DNA of 64,000 nucleotides from Nostoc sp. (GTDB taxonomy: Bacteria > Cyanobacteriota > Cyanobacteriia > Cyanobacteriales > Nostocaceae). The first letter of the stretch is position 1. Each line of letters starts with the position of its first letter. Under the pieces are notes generated by a model. It was not told where the DNA came from, made no database searches, and saw only the letters and a program-made list of their open reading frames with translations. This document shows positions 28,289 to 38,774 of the stretch, in pieces. A program made the translations under genes and the position numbers. The DNA lies in assembly GCA_036918135.1 (NCBI GenBank), contig JBALDB010000031.1:55838-119837 (forward strand). The letters are read 5' to 3'.

Positions 28289-29137
28289 ATGTCTAACAAT
28301 ATTCAAAAAAAAGCCAGAGATTTGCTAGATAAACTAGTCTCATCTGTATATGTATTAGTCGATGATATTACAGCTTTAGAAGTAAATACGATGGTTGTTG
28401 AGCAAATTACTGGGGCAAAGTTTAATGCTTGGCAAGCATATCAAGAGATTTATTCAATAAATGATAAAGACTACTTTGATATCAAAGGAATTCCAAATCC
28501 GGAAAGTTCAAAATTATCAGAACTAGAAAGAACTCAAGCTCAAGAGCTACGCAAGCGTTATAGAAGTCTATTTTTACAACTTGAAAGAGAATATTTTTAC
28601 ATTCTCCTCGAACAAAGTACTGAAAGTAGTGAGCCAGACCCCAGAATAGTACAATATCAGGATCGTCTTAAATATGAGGTTGAACATAAAGGAAAAATAA
28701 TTGAAACTGATGATGCTTATATAAAACTAGCTCGACCAATATTACCTGCTCCAACTCCTGTTCCAGATATAGAAGATAGTAATAACCAAAAAAATTTGCG
28801 ACAAAGATGGCAAGAAATTGAAGACCTTTTAAATAATAATAAATTTATTCGTACCCTGCGGAAAATGTCTGAACTTAAAGCTGCACTTGATGGTGGTCAA
28901 ATTACGAGTGTAGATATTGATATTATTTATGCTCAAACTGTTATGCAGTTAGATGGAGATATTATCAGCCGTTATCATAAAAAACTATTTCAATTACCTG
29001 ATGGTGATAGAGATTTAATTCTAAAAATACATAATGAAGGGGTAGTTGCTGGAGAAAAACAGTGGCGGGGAACACTAGATTTTTTAATTGGTATTGTACA
29101 AGGTATTGCAAAATTATCCCGAAATGAACGCTTATAA
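28289..29137 (+). CDS. Hypothetical protein
   Basis: 282 aa; ALEVNTMVV...AQTVMQLDGDI...IH; amphipathic C-terminus. Confidence 0.8.
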   Translation: MSNNIQKKARDLLDKLVSSVYVLVDDITALEVNTMVVEQITGAKFNAWQAYQEIYSINDKDYFDIKGIPNPESSKLSELERTQAQELRKRYRSLFLQLEREYFYILLEQSTESSEPDPRIVQYQDRLKYEVEHKGKIIETDDAYIKLARPILPAPTPVPDIEDSNNQKNLRQRWQEIEDLLNNNKFIRTLRKMSELKAALDGGQITSVDIDIIYAQTVMQLDGDIISRYHKKLFQLPDGDRDLILKIHNEGVVAGEKQWRGTLDFLIGIVQGIAKLSRNERL

Positions 29138-30080
29138 AATATACAAAGATAATCAAGATAATGTTCAATTATCCTTCTTTGTACAAATCCCTCAAAGCAC
29201 TCCTATTGAGCTTGAAATTAAGGTTGAGTCAGGACACTACACTTTTTATTTGAATAAAGCACTTTTAAAAAAAATTGAACAAGCACCAAAAATAGGCTCC
29301 TCTCTATACATTCCACCAAAATTACTAGCTTATCTTTGGTACTACAACTGCTTTAGTAATAAAATTGTTTTTAGTAATAACACTGAGCAATCTAAAGAAT
29401 TAATTAACACCCAAAAAAGCATTCAAATTTTTAACAATAGTTTTATAGTAAATTTTCTTCAATTACTATGGATTAAATCATTAAAAAATAAATCAACGTT
29501 ACAAAATGGACTTACTTTTAATCTTTCTTATAGAGAAGATACATCAGTTTTAGATTTTTGGCAAGAACAAGATATTGTTTTACAAAGTAATGTTTGCTTT
29601 TCTGGTGAGATAATTCACAAAATTAGAAATGATTTTATTCAAAATCCTGAGTGTTTAAATATTGTTTATATACATTATTGGCTTATTGAACAAATATTGA
29701 GTTATCTTAAAACTAAATTAAATCTATTAGCTTGGGAATTATCTTTACTATTTCCTGCGAGTTTTTTAGCTTGGAAATTACCTTTATTACAATCACTTCC
29801 AGCTGTATTATCAATATTTGCTGGTTTAGGAATATATTTTATATTTGCTATTATTCGCTATTGGCTTGTTAATCAACTTCCAAGATGGACTTCTATCAAC
29901 TCTCAATATCGAAATTGGCTGACCTGGGGATTGACTTGTCTGACTTCTAGTATTTTTATTAATCGCACTGATTTCTTGTTTTTACTGTTTTTGTCACTAC
30001 TTGGGCCCCTATTCCAATGGGTTTTTAGTTTTATATTAGGGCAAGTTGGTAAAGGTTTTATGCGTTGGTTACTAGCTTGA
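29124..30080 (+). CDS. Hypothetical membrane protein (about 4 C-terminal TM helices)
   Basis: ATG 29124 overlaps the previous gene's end; hydrophobic C-terminal third. Confidence 0.7.
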   Translation: MNAYKIYKDNQDNVQLSFFVQIPQSTPIELEIKVESGHYTFYLNKALLKKIEQAPKIGSSLYIPPKLLAYLWYYNCFSNKIVFSNNTEQSKELINTQKSIQIFNNSFIVNFLQLLWIKSLKNKSTLQNGLTFNLSYREDTSVLDFWQEQDIVLQSNVCFSGEIIHKIRNDFIQNPECLNIVYIHYWLIEQILSYLKTKLNLLAWELSLLFPASFLAWKLPLLQSLPAVLSIFAGLGIYFIFAIIRYWLVNQLPRWTSINSQYRNWLTWGLTCLTSSIFINRTDFLFLLFLSLLGPLFQWVFSFILGQVGKGFMRWLLA

Positions 30081-30416
30081 TAATTGGGCATGGAGTACTG
30101 ATAAACAGATTTTTCTGTGAAACGCTGTTTTTGAAAAAGACCAGAGGTATAAGCTCTTAATATTAAGATTTGCTGTATTACCGTTAGTGTTAATCTTTTT
30201 CTTACAAATATTAACTTTTATACTTATTTTTATTTGATGTTATTTAAATTACACTAAATTTAATCAAAAAGATTATCGTTTTATTATATAGATAGAATTA
30301 TTTTTCTGATTTTATTTATAAATATTGACATTAGATATTTTATTGATTATTATTTTCGATGTCCTGATTTGATTTACCCGACTGGGAAATTTCTGTAAGG
30401 TAATCTAACAATAATT

Positions 30417-31460
30417 GTGCAATCAAACATGAAACTACGCTGGTTTTTACTTAGCCTCGTGAGTATTATTCTGTTTTCCTCACCAGTAAAAGCAAATTCT
30501 AATAGTAATAAACTTAACTCTTCTAATAGCTGGAATCTAAATCAATCAAATCTACAATTACCACCACTGAAATTTATTCCTCCAGTTCCCAGTAATATTG
30601 TTAACCCAACGAATTTTCCTAATTATACTGGTGTAGTTCCTTTAGGACGCGAGATATCAGAACTAAAAATCCCAATTAATAAATTAATTACTCGCTACAA
30701 ATTTCTGACTCCTGGTATCTTTTTTATGGATTTGGAAACAGGAGATTATATAAGTATTAACGGAAATAAAGCTTTCCCAGCCGCTAGTACAATTAAGTAC
30801 CCAATTTTGATTGCTTTATTTCAGGAAGTAGATGCAGGAAGAATCAAACTCAATGAAACTTTAGTAATGCAGCATAAATATGTTGTTGGTGGTTCTGGAA
30901 ATATGCAGTATAAGCGTGTAGGAAGCAAGTTTAGTGTTTTGAAAACTGCAACCATGATGATGACTATTAGTGATAATACTGCAACAAATATGATTATTGC
31001 TCGTTTGGGCGGAATTGCTAAATTAAATCAACGGTTTCGCAGTTGGGGATTACAAAGTACTGCTCTTCGTCGGATGTTAGGTGACTTCAATGGAACCAAT
31101 AAAACTAGTGCAAAAGATTTAGTCAGACTTTCAGCTTTAATGGTAAATAATCAGCTACTTTCCGCTCAAAGTAAGTCTCAAGTCATAGGTATTATGTATG
31201 GTTGTCATAATCGAAGATTACTACCATCTGGTTTAGGTTATGGTGCAAAGATAGCTCACAAAACAGGAACTTTGCGTTTTGTATTAGGTGACGCAGGTAT
31301 TATTGAAACACCTTCAGGTAAGCGTTACTATGCAGGAATTTTTGTGAGAAGACCAAATAATGACGATAGAGCAAGAGATTTTATTCGTCAAGTTTCTCAA
31401 GTAGTGTACGGGTACTTTGAACAACCGAAAGTCAGCCGTACACCATACGAGCATTTTTGA
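30417..31460 (+). CDS. Class A beta-lactamase-like serine hydrolase (PBP-A type)
   Basis: STIK, SDN and HKTG motifs; signal peptide (start may be ATG 30429); paralog of 12101-13411. Confidence 0.88.
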   Translation: MQSNMKLRWFLLSLVSIILFSSPVKANSNSNKLNSSNSWNLNQSNLQLPPLKFIPPVPSNIVNPTNFPNYTGVVPLGREISELKIPINKLITRYKFLTPGIFFMDLETGDYISINGNKAFPAASTIKYPILIALFQEVDAGRIKLNETLVMQHKYVVGGSGNMQYKRVGSKFSVLKTATMMMTISDNTATNMIIARLGGIAKLNQRFRSWGLQSTALRRMLGDFNGTNKTSAKDLVRLSALMVNNQLLSAQSKSQVIGIMYGCHNRRLLPSGLGYGAKIAHKTGTLRFVLGDAGIIETPSGKRYYAGIFVRRPNNDDRARDFIRQVSQVVYGYFEQPKVSRTPYEHF

Positions 31461-31475
31461 TAATATTTTCAATAC

Positions 31476-32108
31476 TTATACACCTTGTTCAAATTCGTCA
31501 ATAGCTTGAATTTCAGATGAAATCTGGGTGCATTGTTCTAATAAAGCAATATTTAATTCTGGCAATAATTCACTTGATGTAATCTGTTCGTAACCGTAAG
31601 TATCTAAGAACTCAGACGGTATTTCTTCACGTAAATGATAAAGTCTGAGTCGATTAGTTTGCCAAATCCAAATTTCAGCAACTCCCAAACGACGATAAAT
31701 TTCTAATTTGTCAATGTTCCCACTGGTGATGTTTACTTCTACAGCTAAGTCTGGAATATTTTTCTTTTCATAAATCGAGTAGCATTCATCTGGTTCAACT
31801 CCAGCTTGCTTAAGTTGTTTTTTAATTGTAGAACTCCCCATTGGGCTGAATCGAATTCGCTTTAAGTAAAAATAGCGTTCTATCAAAATAGCTAAACGTT
31901 TTTTGATATTTTCATGTCTGATAGACGGTGACACAATTTCTAAGATTTCATCTAAATAGGTGACACGGTAATGAGAGTTATCTTCTAGTTTGGCTAGTAA
32001 CGCTTCATATATTTGCCAGCTTACTCCACTAGTGACAAATTTTTCCTCTGGGTCGTCAATATCTACAAGTTCTGAGTCGTCTAAGAGTTCTTTGAGGCTG
32101 GTGACCAT
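31476..32108 (-). CDS. Uma2-family putative endonuclease
   Basis: VSWQIYEAL, EPDECY, PDLAVEV, YRRLGVAEIWIW. Confidence 0.9.
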   Translation of the reverse strand: MVTSLKELLDDSELVDIDDPEEKFVTSGVSWQIYEALLAKLEDNSHYRVTYLDEILEIVSPSIRHENIKKRLAILIERYFYLKRIRFSPMGSSTIKKQLKQAGVEPDECYSIYEKKNIPDLAVEVNITSGNIDKLEIYRRLGVAEIWIWQTNRLRLYHLREEIPSEFLDTYGYEQITSSELLPELNIALLEQCTQISSEIQAIDEFEQGV

Positions 32109-32177
32109 TGTTTTCTCTTCCTTAGTACAACAAGGTAAAACTAAAAGTAAAGTTCAACTCCTTGATTGATTTCTTTG

Positions 32178-32894
32178 CTAAACAGACTCTATTGAAGAAG
32201 CACCAAAACGATAACCTTTACCGTAAACTGTGTGAATCAGCGTAATTTCTTTACCTACTTCAATCTTACGCCGCAGCAAGCGAATTAATGCCGCTATGGC
32301 GTTGCTACTGGGTTGTTCTTCCTCTATCCACAAAGTTTGCATAATCTGGGCGTGAGTCAGCAGTTGTCCAGTATGTTCCATAAAGTATTGCAACAGCTGG
32401 CTTTCTTTTTGCGAAAGTTCAATTATCCGTCCTTGGCGATAGGCTACTTGATTTTCACAATCAAGTTCTAAATCAGCTACACTCAGGCGTCCAATGCTAC
32501 TTTCATAGGTTTGGGAACCGGAACGACGCAACAAAGCCCTGACTCTGGCTAGTAACTCTCGCAGTTCAAAAGGTTTCACCAAATAATCGTCTGCACCAGC
32601 ATCTAAACCTTCTACGCGGTCATCTAAGGTATCTTTAGCCGTGAGAAATAGTACAGGAGTAGTTTTACCTTGGCGTCGCAATTCCTGACAAATTTCTAAC
32701 CCTGTTTTTCCTGGTAGCATCCAATCTAAAATCAGTAGGTCGTAACTACCTACTCGTGCCCGATCGCTACCGCTTGTACCATCATAAGCGGCATCTACAT
32801 TATAACCCTCGCGAGTTAACAAGCGACTCAAGGGTTGAGTTAGTTCAACTTGATCGTCAACTAATAAAATTCTCGTGCTGCTTGTGGTAAGCAT
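32178..32894 (-). CDS. rppA: OmpR-family response regulator (RppA-like)
   Basis: REC (LVDD, LDWMLP, LTAK, LVKP) plus winged helix ([11 protein letters not shown]); divergent from hisG. Gene symbol is tentative. Confidence 0.75.
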   Translation of the reverse strand: MLTTSSTRILLVDDQVELTQPLSRLLTREGYNVDAAYDGTSGSDRARVGSYDLLILDWMLPGKTGLEICQELRRQGKTTPVLFLTAKDTLDDRVEGLDAGADDYLVKPFELRELLARVRALLRRSGSQTYESSIGRLSVADLELDCENQVAYRQGRIIELSQKESQLLQYFMEHTGQLLTHAQIMQTLWIEEEQPSSNAIAALIRLLRRKIEVGKEITLIHTVYGKGYRFGASSIESV

Positions 32895-32935
32895 ATAGAG
32901 ATATTCTCAATATTATTGAACTGCTAAGAAAAAGA

Positions 32936-33580
32936 ATGCTGACTGTTGCATTGCCCAAAGGGGAACTACTTAAAAATAGCATCCAGTTGCTACAAGCTGT
33001 TGGGTTAGATTTTAGTGCTTTTTTAGATTCAGGAAATCGCCAACTTCAAATTCCTGACGCTAAGGGACTTGCAAAAGGACTATTAGTGCGGGCGCAGGAT
33101 GTACCTGTTTATGTAGAATATGGTCAGGCACAACTGGGTATTGTTGGTTACGATGTGCTGCGAGAGAAACAGCCGCAAGTTGCCCACTTGGTGGATTTGC
33201 AGTTTGGGCATTGTCGGATGTCCGTGGCGGTAAAAGCGTTGAGTTCTTATCGATTGCCGCTAGATTTATCACCGCATGGTAGAGTTGCTTCTAAATATGT
33301 CAATTGCGCTCGTGAATATTTCCACAGTCTCGATTTACCTGTGGAAATAGTGCCGTTGTATGGTTCAGTGGAACTAGGGCCAATTACTGGCATGTCAGAA
33401 GCGATCGTGGATTTGGTTTCCACAGGGCGAACTTTGCGCGAAAATGGTTTGATTGAAATTGCTACGCTTTATGAAAGCACGGCGCGGTTGATTGCCCATC
33501 CTCTGAGTTACCGCCTGAACACAGGTAATTTGAGTGATGTAATTGCCAAGCTGCGGCAAACCGTTTTGCTAGGGGTTTAA
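32936..33580 (+). CDS. hisG: ATP phosphoribosyltransferase, short form
   Basis: [40 protein letters not shown]. Confidence 0.97.
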   Translation: MLTVALPKGELLKNSIQLLQAVGLDFSAFLDSGNRQLQIPDAKGLAKGLLVRAQDVPVYVEYGQAQLGIVGYDVLREKQPQVAHLVDLQFGHCRMSVAVKALSSYRLPLDLSPHGRVASKYVNCAREYFHSLDLPVEIVPLYGSVELGPITGMSEAIVDLVSTGRTLRENGLIEIATLYESTARLIAHPLSYRLNTGNLSDVIAKLRQTVLLGV

Positions 33581-33812
33581 CAATAGCCCTTTTAAGGTGA
33601 GCATACGTACTATCAAGGTATTTACGGCATTTCAAGCATCAGCTGGAATTAAACAAAGAGTTTATCTATTAAACTCCAAATTTTGGGATTGTAAATTAAG
33701 CAATGCCTGAGCCAAAATACCAAAATTAGATTCAAATATGATTTATTAAAAAGTACAAACGTTCACCTTAAAAGAGCTAGTTCTAATACAGTTTTTGGGA
33801 ATTGGTATTAGA

Positions 33813-35780
33813 TCAAAGCTTAATGCCAATTTTTTTGCAAGTTCCTAAAGCTTGACGATACAAGTTTAAGGATCTGGGATTTTGATTATAGGTAGCGTAG
33901 ATTGCTCCAATGTTTTTCAAGGTTATGCATTCACTCCCAACGGAGCCGGTTTGTTGGTGAATCACTAAAGCTTGTCCAAAAAACTCTATGGCTTTTTTGT
34001 ATTCACGCTGTTTATAGTAAACTGACCCAATACTATTGAGGGCTATACCTTCTCCTGATTTGTTGCCGATTTGTTTGTTAATTGCTAAGGCTTGCCCAAA
34101 GAACTCTAAAGCTTTGGGATACTGACTCTGGCTGTAGTAAAATGCCCCCATGTTATTGAGGGTTGTACCTTCTCCTGATTTGTTGCCGATTTGTTTATTA
34201 ATTGCTAAGGCTTGCTCGATAACCTCTAAGGCTTTAGGGTACTGCTTCTGTCCATAATAAACTGACCCAATACCGTTGAGAATAGAGGCTTCCTCTGCCT
34301 TAATACCGATTTGTTGGTAAATCGCTAACGCTTGTTGGTAAAACTCTAAAGCTTTCGGGTACTGATGCTGGCCGTTGTAAAATGCCCCCATCCTCGCCAG
34401 AGTTGTGCTTTCTCCTGTTTTGCTACCAATTTGTTTATTAATTGTTAACGCTTGCTCAATAAACTCTAAAGCTTTCGGGTGCTGACCTTGAATGGAGTAG
34501 ATAGTCGAAATACTGTTGAGAGTCGAACTTTCCTCCGCTTTGCTGCCGATTTGTTGGTAAATGGCTAAGGCTTGCTGGTATAACATTAAGGTTTTGGCAT
34601 ACTGACGCTGGCTAGAGTGAACTGACCCAATACCTCTAAGGTTTGCACTTTCCCCTTTCTTATCGCCAATTTGTTTAGCAATATTATTTGCTTGCTGGTA
34701 AAACTCTAAGGCCATAGCATACTGACTGAGTTTGTTATAAACTGCCCCAATACCATTGATAGCCTGACCTTCCCCCTTCTTGTTGCCGATTTGTTTGGCA
34801 ATGCCATTTGCTTGCTGGTAAAACTCTAATGCTTTGGCATACTGATTTTGGCTAGAGTAAAACTCTCCAATACCATTAAGGGTTTGAATTTCCTGTTTCT
34901 TGTCACCGATTTGCTTAGCAATGCCATTTGCTTGCTCGAAGAACTCTAATGCTTTGGCATACTGACTCTGGCTAAAGTAAACTTCTCCAATATCATTAAG
35001 GGTTTTTATTTGCTCTTTATTGTCGCCGATTTGTTTAGCAATGCCATTTGCTTGCTCGAAGAACTCTAATGCTTTGGCATACTGACTCTGGCTAGAGTAA
35101 ACTTCTCCAATACCATTGAGAGTTTGAACTTCCTCTTTTTTATCGCCGATTTGTTTGGCAATGCCATTTGCTTGTTGGTACAACTCTAAAGCTTCGGGGT
35201 ACCGATCGATGTTGTTGTAAACTGAGCCAATGCCTCTGAGTGTTGCACCTTCCCCTTGTTTGTCGCCGACTTGTTTGGTAATGTCTAAGGCTTGCTGGTA
35301 GAACTCTAAGGCTTTGGGGTACTGACCGATATCGTTGTAAACTTCCCCGATGTTACTAAGAGTCTTTGCTTGGTGGGAGCGATGCTCCTCCGGAGCCACT
35401 TCGCTAACGCCAGTTTCTCGATAAAGAACTAAAACCCGTTGAAATGTTTCTAATGCTTCTGTTAACTGACCTTGATTATACTGCTGTTCGCCTACTTGAT
35501 ACAGACGCAACGCCTCGTCTGTACCTTTTTGGACTGTTTGCGTCTGTGCCGATGCACTTAATATTGTTGAATTGGTGACAAAGAATGGTAAGGTCAAAGC
35601 TAAAAAAACTAACACACTCGCACTCAGCAAGCTCTGGCGATGAAGTCTGTTTTGGAACAAAATGCTGAAAAAATAATCCATAGAAATACTCATTGCCCAT
35701 TTCAAGCAGAGATATTTTGCTTTCATCTTAGATATCACTCTTTTTTTCTGAAAATTATGCAGATGTTGCAACATCAACAA
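33813..35780 (-). CDS. Secreted tetratricopeptide-repeat protein
   Basis: About 13-14 40-aa TPR-like units (YPKALEFYQQAL..KQIG.K..E..TL..IG). Signal peptide ends ASA-Q; true start is probably downstream (e.g. 35681). Confidence 0.88.
   Translation of the reverse strand: MLMLQHLHNFQKKRVISKMKAKYLCLKWAMSISMDYFFSILFQNRLHRQSLLSASVLVFLALTLPFFVTNSTILSASAQTQTVQKGTDEALRLYQVGEQQYNQGQLTEALETFQRVLVLYRETGVSEVAPEEHRSHQAKTLSNIGEVYNDIGQYPKALEFYQQALDITKQVGDKQGEGATLRGIGSVYNNIDRYPEALELYQQANGIAKQIGDKKEEVQTLNGIGEVYSSQSQYAKALEFFEQANGIAKQIGDNKEQIKTLNDIGEVYFSQSQYAKALEFFEQANGIAKQIGDKKQEIQTLNGIGEFYSSQNQYAKALEFYQQANGIAKQIGNKKGEGQAINGIGAVYNKLSQYAMALEFYQQANNIAKQIGDKKGESANLRGIGSVHSSQRQYAKTLMLYQQALAIYQQIGSKAEESSTLNSISTIYSIQGQHPKALEFIEQALTINKQIGSKTGESTTLARMGAFYNGQHQYPKALEFYQQALAIYQQIGIKAEEASILNGIGSVYYGQKQYPKALEVIEQALAINKQIGNKSGEGTTLNNMGAFYYSQSQYPKALEFFGQALAINKQIGNKSGEGIALNSIGSVYYKQREYKKAIEFFGQALVIHQQTGSVGSECITLKNIGAIYATYNQNPRSLNLYRQALGTCKKIGIKL
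33950..35360. repeat. 120-bp tandem coding repeat within TPR gene
   Basis: An identical 54-nt block starts at both 34921 and 35041; ATGCCATTTGCTTG recurs at 34801, 34921, 35041 and 35161. Confidence 0.9.
35384..35407. mobile_element. 24-nt SDR-like element inserted into a HIP1 site
   Basis: GCGAT|GCTCCTCCGGAGCCACTTCGCTAA|CGC; removal restores GCGATCGC and a canonical G-D-R TPR turn. Confidence 0.8.
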
Positions 35781-36144
35781 GTGTTAATGTGGATAACCCA
35801 AACATACTTAGAGGATGTTTCAAAAGTTAGAGCTAGTCAAAAATTATGCAAGCCGTCTGACCACGATCGTCAGTGAGTGTTTAAAATAAAGCGTATTTTA
35901 TCAATCAGTTAAAATACTCAAAATAGTCTTATTGATAATCGTGCATAGAGCAAGGGGAAAGGAGGTGAGTGTCGCTCGCCTCCTCAAAGACATATTTTGA
36001 AATTAAACGTTTATTGGGATTTATCCTCTTTTCCTGCACCCTCTTGACAAATGTGCAATTACCTTAATCTCTCACGAATAAGTATGCAGTAGCCCTTTAT
36101 ACTGTAAATGTCAAATCTCCGGTGTATTTTCTCAAGTCAAGAGC

Positions 36145-37641
36145 TTATAACTTCCAGGGATTCGCATCTTGATCGTTAATTCTCACCCAAAAGCGAGTAC
36201 CTGGATTACTTAGCTTAGGATCGTCAGATTGTGCATAGAAACCAAAACCTGAATATGGCTCATTAGCATCATGAAACTCTGCCATCCTGAACCCAGATAG
36301 ACCATAACGGTTTTTGCCAGCTGCCTGACACTTCTCATCTGCATCTGCTGGAGAAAGCAACGAGCTACCCACAACCTCAGGAATAGCAAAGACTTCTCCA
36401 CCAGACCAAGAGTTTGTATATGCAGTACCTGTGGCTATATCTGGAATCGGATTATTTGCAAGTTCATCTGATTTACGAATGCAAAGTAGTGACAAAGTTT
36501 GATTTACAGAAGTATCGCCAGAATAGGGATTAGTTTGACTATCATATCTAGCTTGCACATAAGTTTTGCCATTAACATTTACACTACTATTGATAATCCA
36601 AGTCATAGCTTTCTTGGAGGGTTGAGGTATGCTGACTGGGGTTGTGATTTGTCCTGGAGCTATGATGCCATCAGCACTTGGAAGGGGTATGAACTTTGGA
36701 TTTGTTGGTGGCAAATCTTTCCTCTGTAATTGATCTAGTGGGATCTGGGTAGCACTTAGCAAGACTCTAGTATTCGATATCTTTATTGAACCAGGATTCA
36801 AAGAATTATTACTGTAGCTTAATGTCTGTGATTGTGGCTGTATTTGTACAATATTCTTAAGTTTTTTTTGCAACGGAATTTCGTCACCAGAAGCGCCAGA
36901 GCCGACTGGGAATTCAGTCCAGACTCCAATAACTACACCATTCTCTAGAGGATCTGTCTGCTCGTGGTAGATAACCAAATATTGAGTTACTCCTCCTTGT
37001 GAATTTGTCACAATGGGAGTCGCCATCGGTCTTATATCCTTAGCAAGGGTGTTGCCATCTCGTAGCTGAATAAGTGTTTGGAAGAAAGAGGGAGTTAGTG
37101 GCCCAGTTGAAGTAATTTCCTCGGAATATCCATAATGAAATAATACACAACCATTACCATCTTTACAAGTAGTATTATTATACGGAAAGGCAGGAGGATT
37201 AGAGCCAACATAATCAAAGTCTAAGGTTAGTCTATTGTTAGGTGGTTCAGTAGTAGCTGGTTTCTCATTGAATGTAACTTCTAGAAAGGGATTAGATGAA
37301 TTAAGAGAATCAGTAAACTCAGGTCTAGATCCAGCCACATTTCTATCATTAAAAAAATTGATACTAAATGGATCAACCAGGAGATTTCTACCGAATACTA
37401 TTCTACTTATGTAAGGGGAAGAATTAAGATTAAGCCTACCACCAATTGTGACAACATCCGCTTTTTGAGTACTAGTGCAAGAGAGTAGACATTTTAAGTA
37501 ATTGACACCGTAAATAACATCAACATTGACCAAAACTTGGCTTTCTACTGCTTGGGCGCTAGCTGAAGATACTGAAAATATTGAGGAACCCATTAAGATT
37601 ACTAAACCTAGCTGTTTTCCTAACTTTTTGAGCAATTGCAT
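36145..37641 (-). CDS. Secreted hypothetical protein with Cys/Trp-containing C-terminal domain
   Basis: ATG 37641 gives a signal peptide (…SSASAQA). C-terminus NPYSGDT…LLCI…WSGG…C…MAEFHD…RFWVRINDQDANPW. Confidence 0.75.
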   Translation of the reverse strand: MQLLKKLGKQLGLVILMGSSIFSVSSASAQAVESQVLVNVDVIYGVNYLKCLLSCTSTQKADVVTIGGRLNLNSSPYISRIVFGRNLLVDPFSINFFNDRNVAGSRPEFTDSLNSSNPFLEVTFNEKPATTEPPNNRLTLDFDYVGSNPPAFPYNNTTCKDGNGCVLFHYGYSEEITSTGPLTPSFFQTLIQLRDGNTLAKDIRPMATPIVTNSQGGVTQYLVIYHEQTDPLENGVVIGVWTEFPVGSGASGDEIPLQKKLKNIVQIQPQSQTLSYSNNSLNPGSIKISNTRVLLSATQIPLDQLQRKDLPPTNPKFIPLPSADGIIAPGQITTPVSIPQPSKKAMTWIINSSVNVNGKTYVQARYDSQTNPYSGDTSVNQTLSLLCIRKSDELANNPIPDIATGTAYTNSWSGGEVFAIPEVVGSSLLSPADADEKCQAAGKNRYGLSGFRMAEFHDANEPYSGFGFYAQSDDPKLSNPGTRFWVRINDQDANPWKL

Positions 37642-37938
37642 ACCTGAATTTCCTTTAAATACAAAGATGAACTGTAGAGTTTCGCTATTGTGGATATAGA
37701 TTTTTCCGCACTTACTGACGGCTACGGTTAATCGTAAATCCTCAATTAGTCGCCTTGATTTCGGTGACAAAGATGTGTCACTCAGATGAGCATAATTTTG
37801 CCTTTCAGTAGTTAATGCAGTACGAAACGCATCTAAAAATTTAGTGCTGCTGTTGTGGTAAACAAGCTTAAATAGGCAAAATTAATTGTTGCATTTTCAT
37901 CTGTTTTCAATTGTTTTTTCAACGTAATTACGTATCGA

Positions 37939-38104
37939 AGAGGTTGTTTGAAAAGTCGTAAAGTATACTCAAAACCCCGCTTCCATTCCTCTCTCACTAT
38001 GGGCGAGAGGCTTTCAAACCCCTATTTCCTTGTAGGAAAGGCTTGCTCAAGGGTTAGGTCTCTGAAGTTTTGATGTTAATAACAATACTTTTCAAACATC
38101 CTCT
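37939..38104. mobile_element. 166-bp MITE with 18-bp terminal inverted repeats
   Basis: AGAGGTTGTTTGAAAAGT ... ACTTTTCAAACATCCTCT (17/18 match); no ORF. Confidence 0.8.
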
Positions 38105-38364
38105 AAGATTCAGGTTGCGTAGATGCATACAAGAAAAAATTGGTGAATAGTCATTTACTAATCAGACTTAGATCCAAAGAATTATGCGTAAGGTTACAAA
38201 AGTTTACAGCTATTGCTACTGACTAACTACAACATAGGTTGCTATTTTGGCAACAACAGATAATTAATAGGCGCTTTGCTTGGAATTCCCGCGCCTAAAT
38301 CTTGATTCTTTCTTACTTATGCCCAATAACACAAGTAAAGTCTTTATCAACTTTCTGAGGAACT

Positions 38365-38495
38365 TACAGCGGTTTTCTTTTGCATGAGGTACAAAGTCAC
38401 TGGTTTTGAGGCAGGAGGCAGAAGGCAGGGGGGAGAGGAATAATTTGATTTGTGAATCCTTGTCTGCGTACCTTATTTAGTTGCAAACTGCTGTA
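38365..38495. mobile_element. 131-bp MITE-like element with TA ends
   Basis: TACAGCGGTTT…ATGAGGTAC versus GTACCTTAT…AAACTGCTGTA imperfect inverted ends; GGCAGGA-type heptamers inside. Confidence 0.6.
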
Positions 38496-38774
38496 ATTTA
38501 TCTCTACGTCAGAATCAAGCGGATCGCCCTTTCCACACACGATTATCATTCTTAGAAAGATTATTTTGAGTATTTTAACTGATTGACAAAAAGCACTTTA
38601 TCTTAAATTCTTACGGATGGTTCGCGATCCGAATCATTGATAGAATTTAAACAGACTTTCCTGAATAGCCAAGAGGCGGGGAAATTATTAACAAATTGTT
38701 AAAAAATGTTAAGCTAATCTTGAGATAGGCACGTTGCTAACTGAATATTACATTTAGATTTTTAATCAAAATTA

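Noticed and set aside
33752..33765. LexA-like box AGTACAAACGTTCA
   Set aside because: Imperfect match, located between convergent 3' ends where no promoter is expected.
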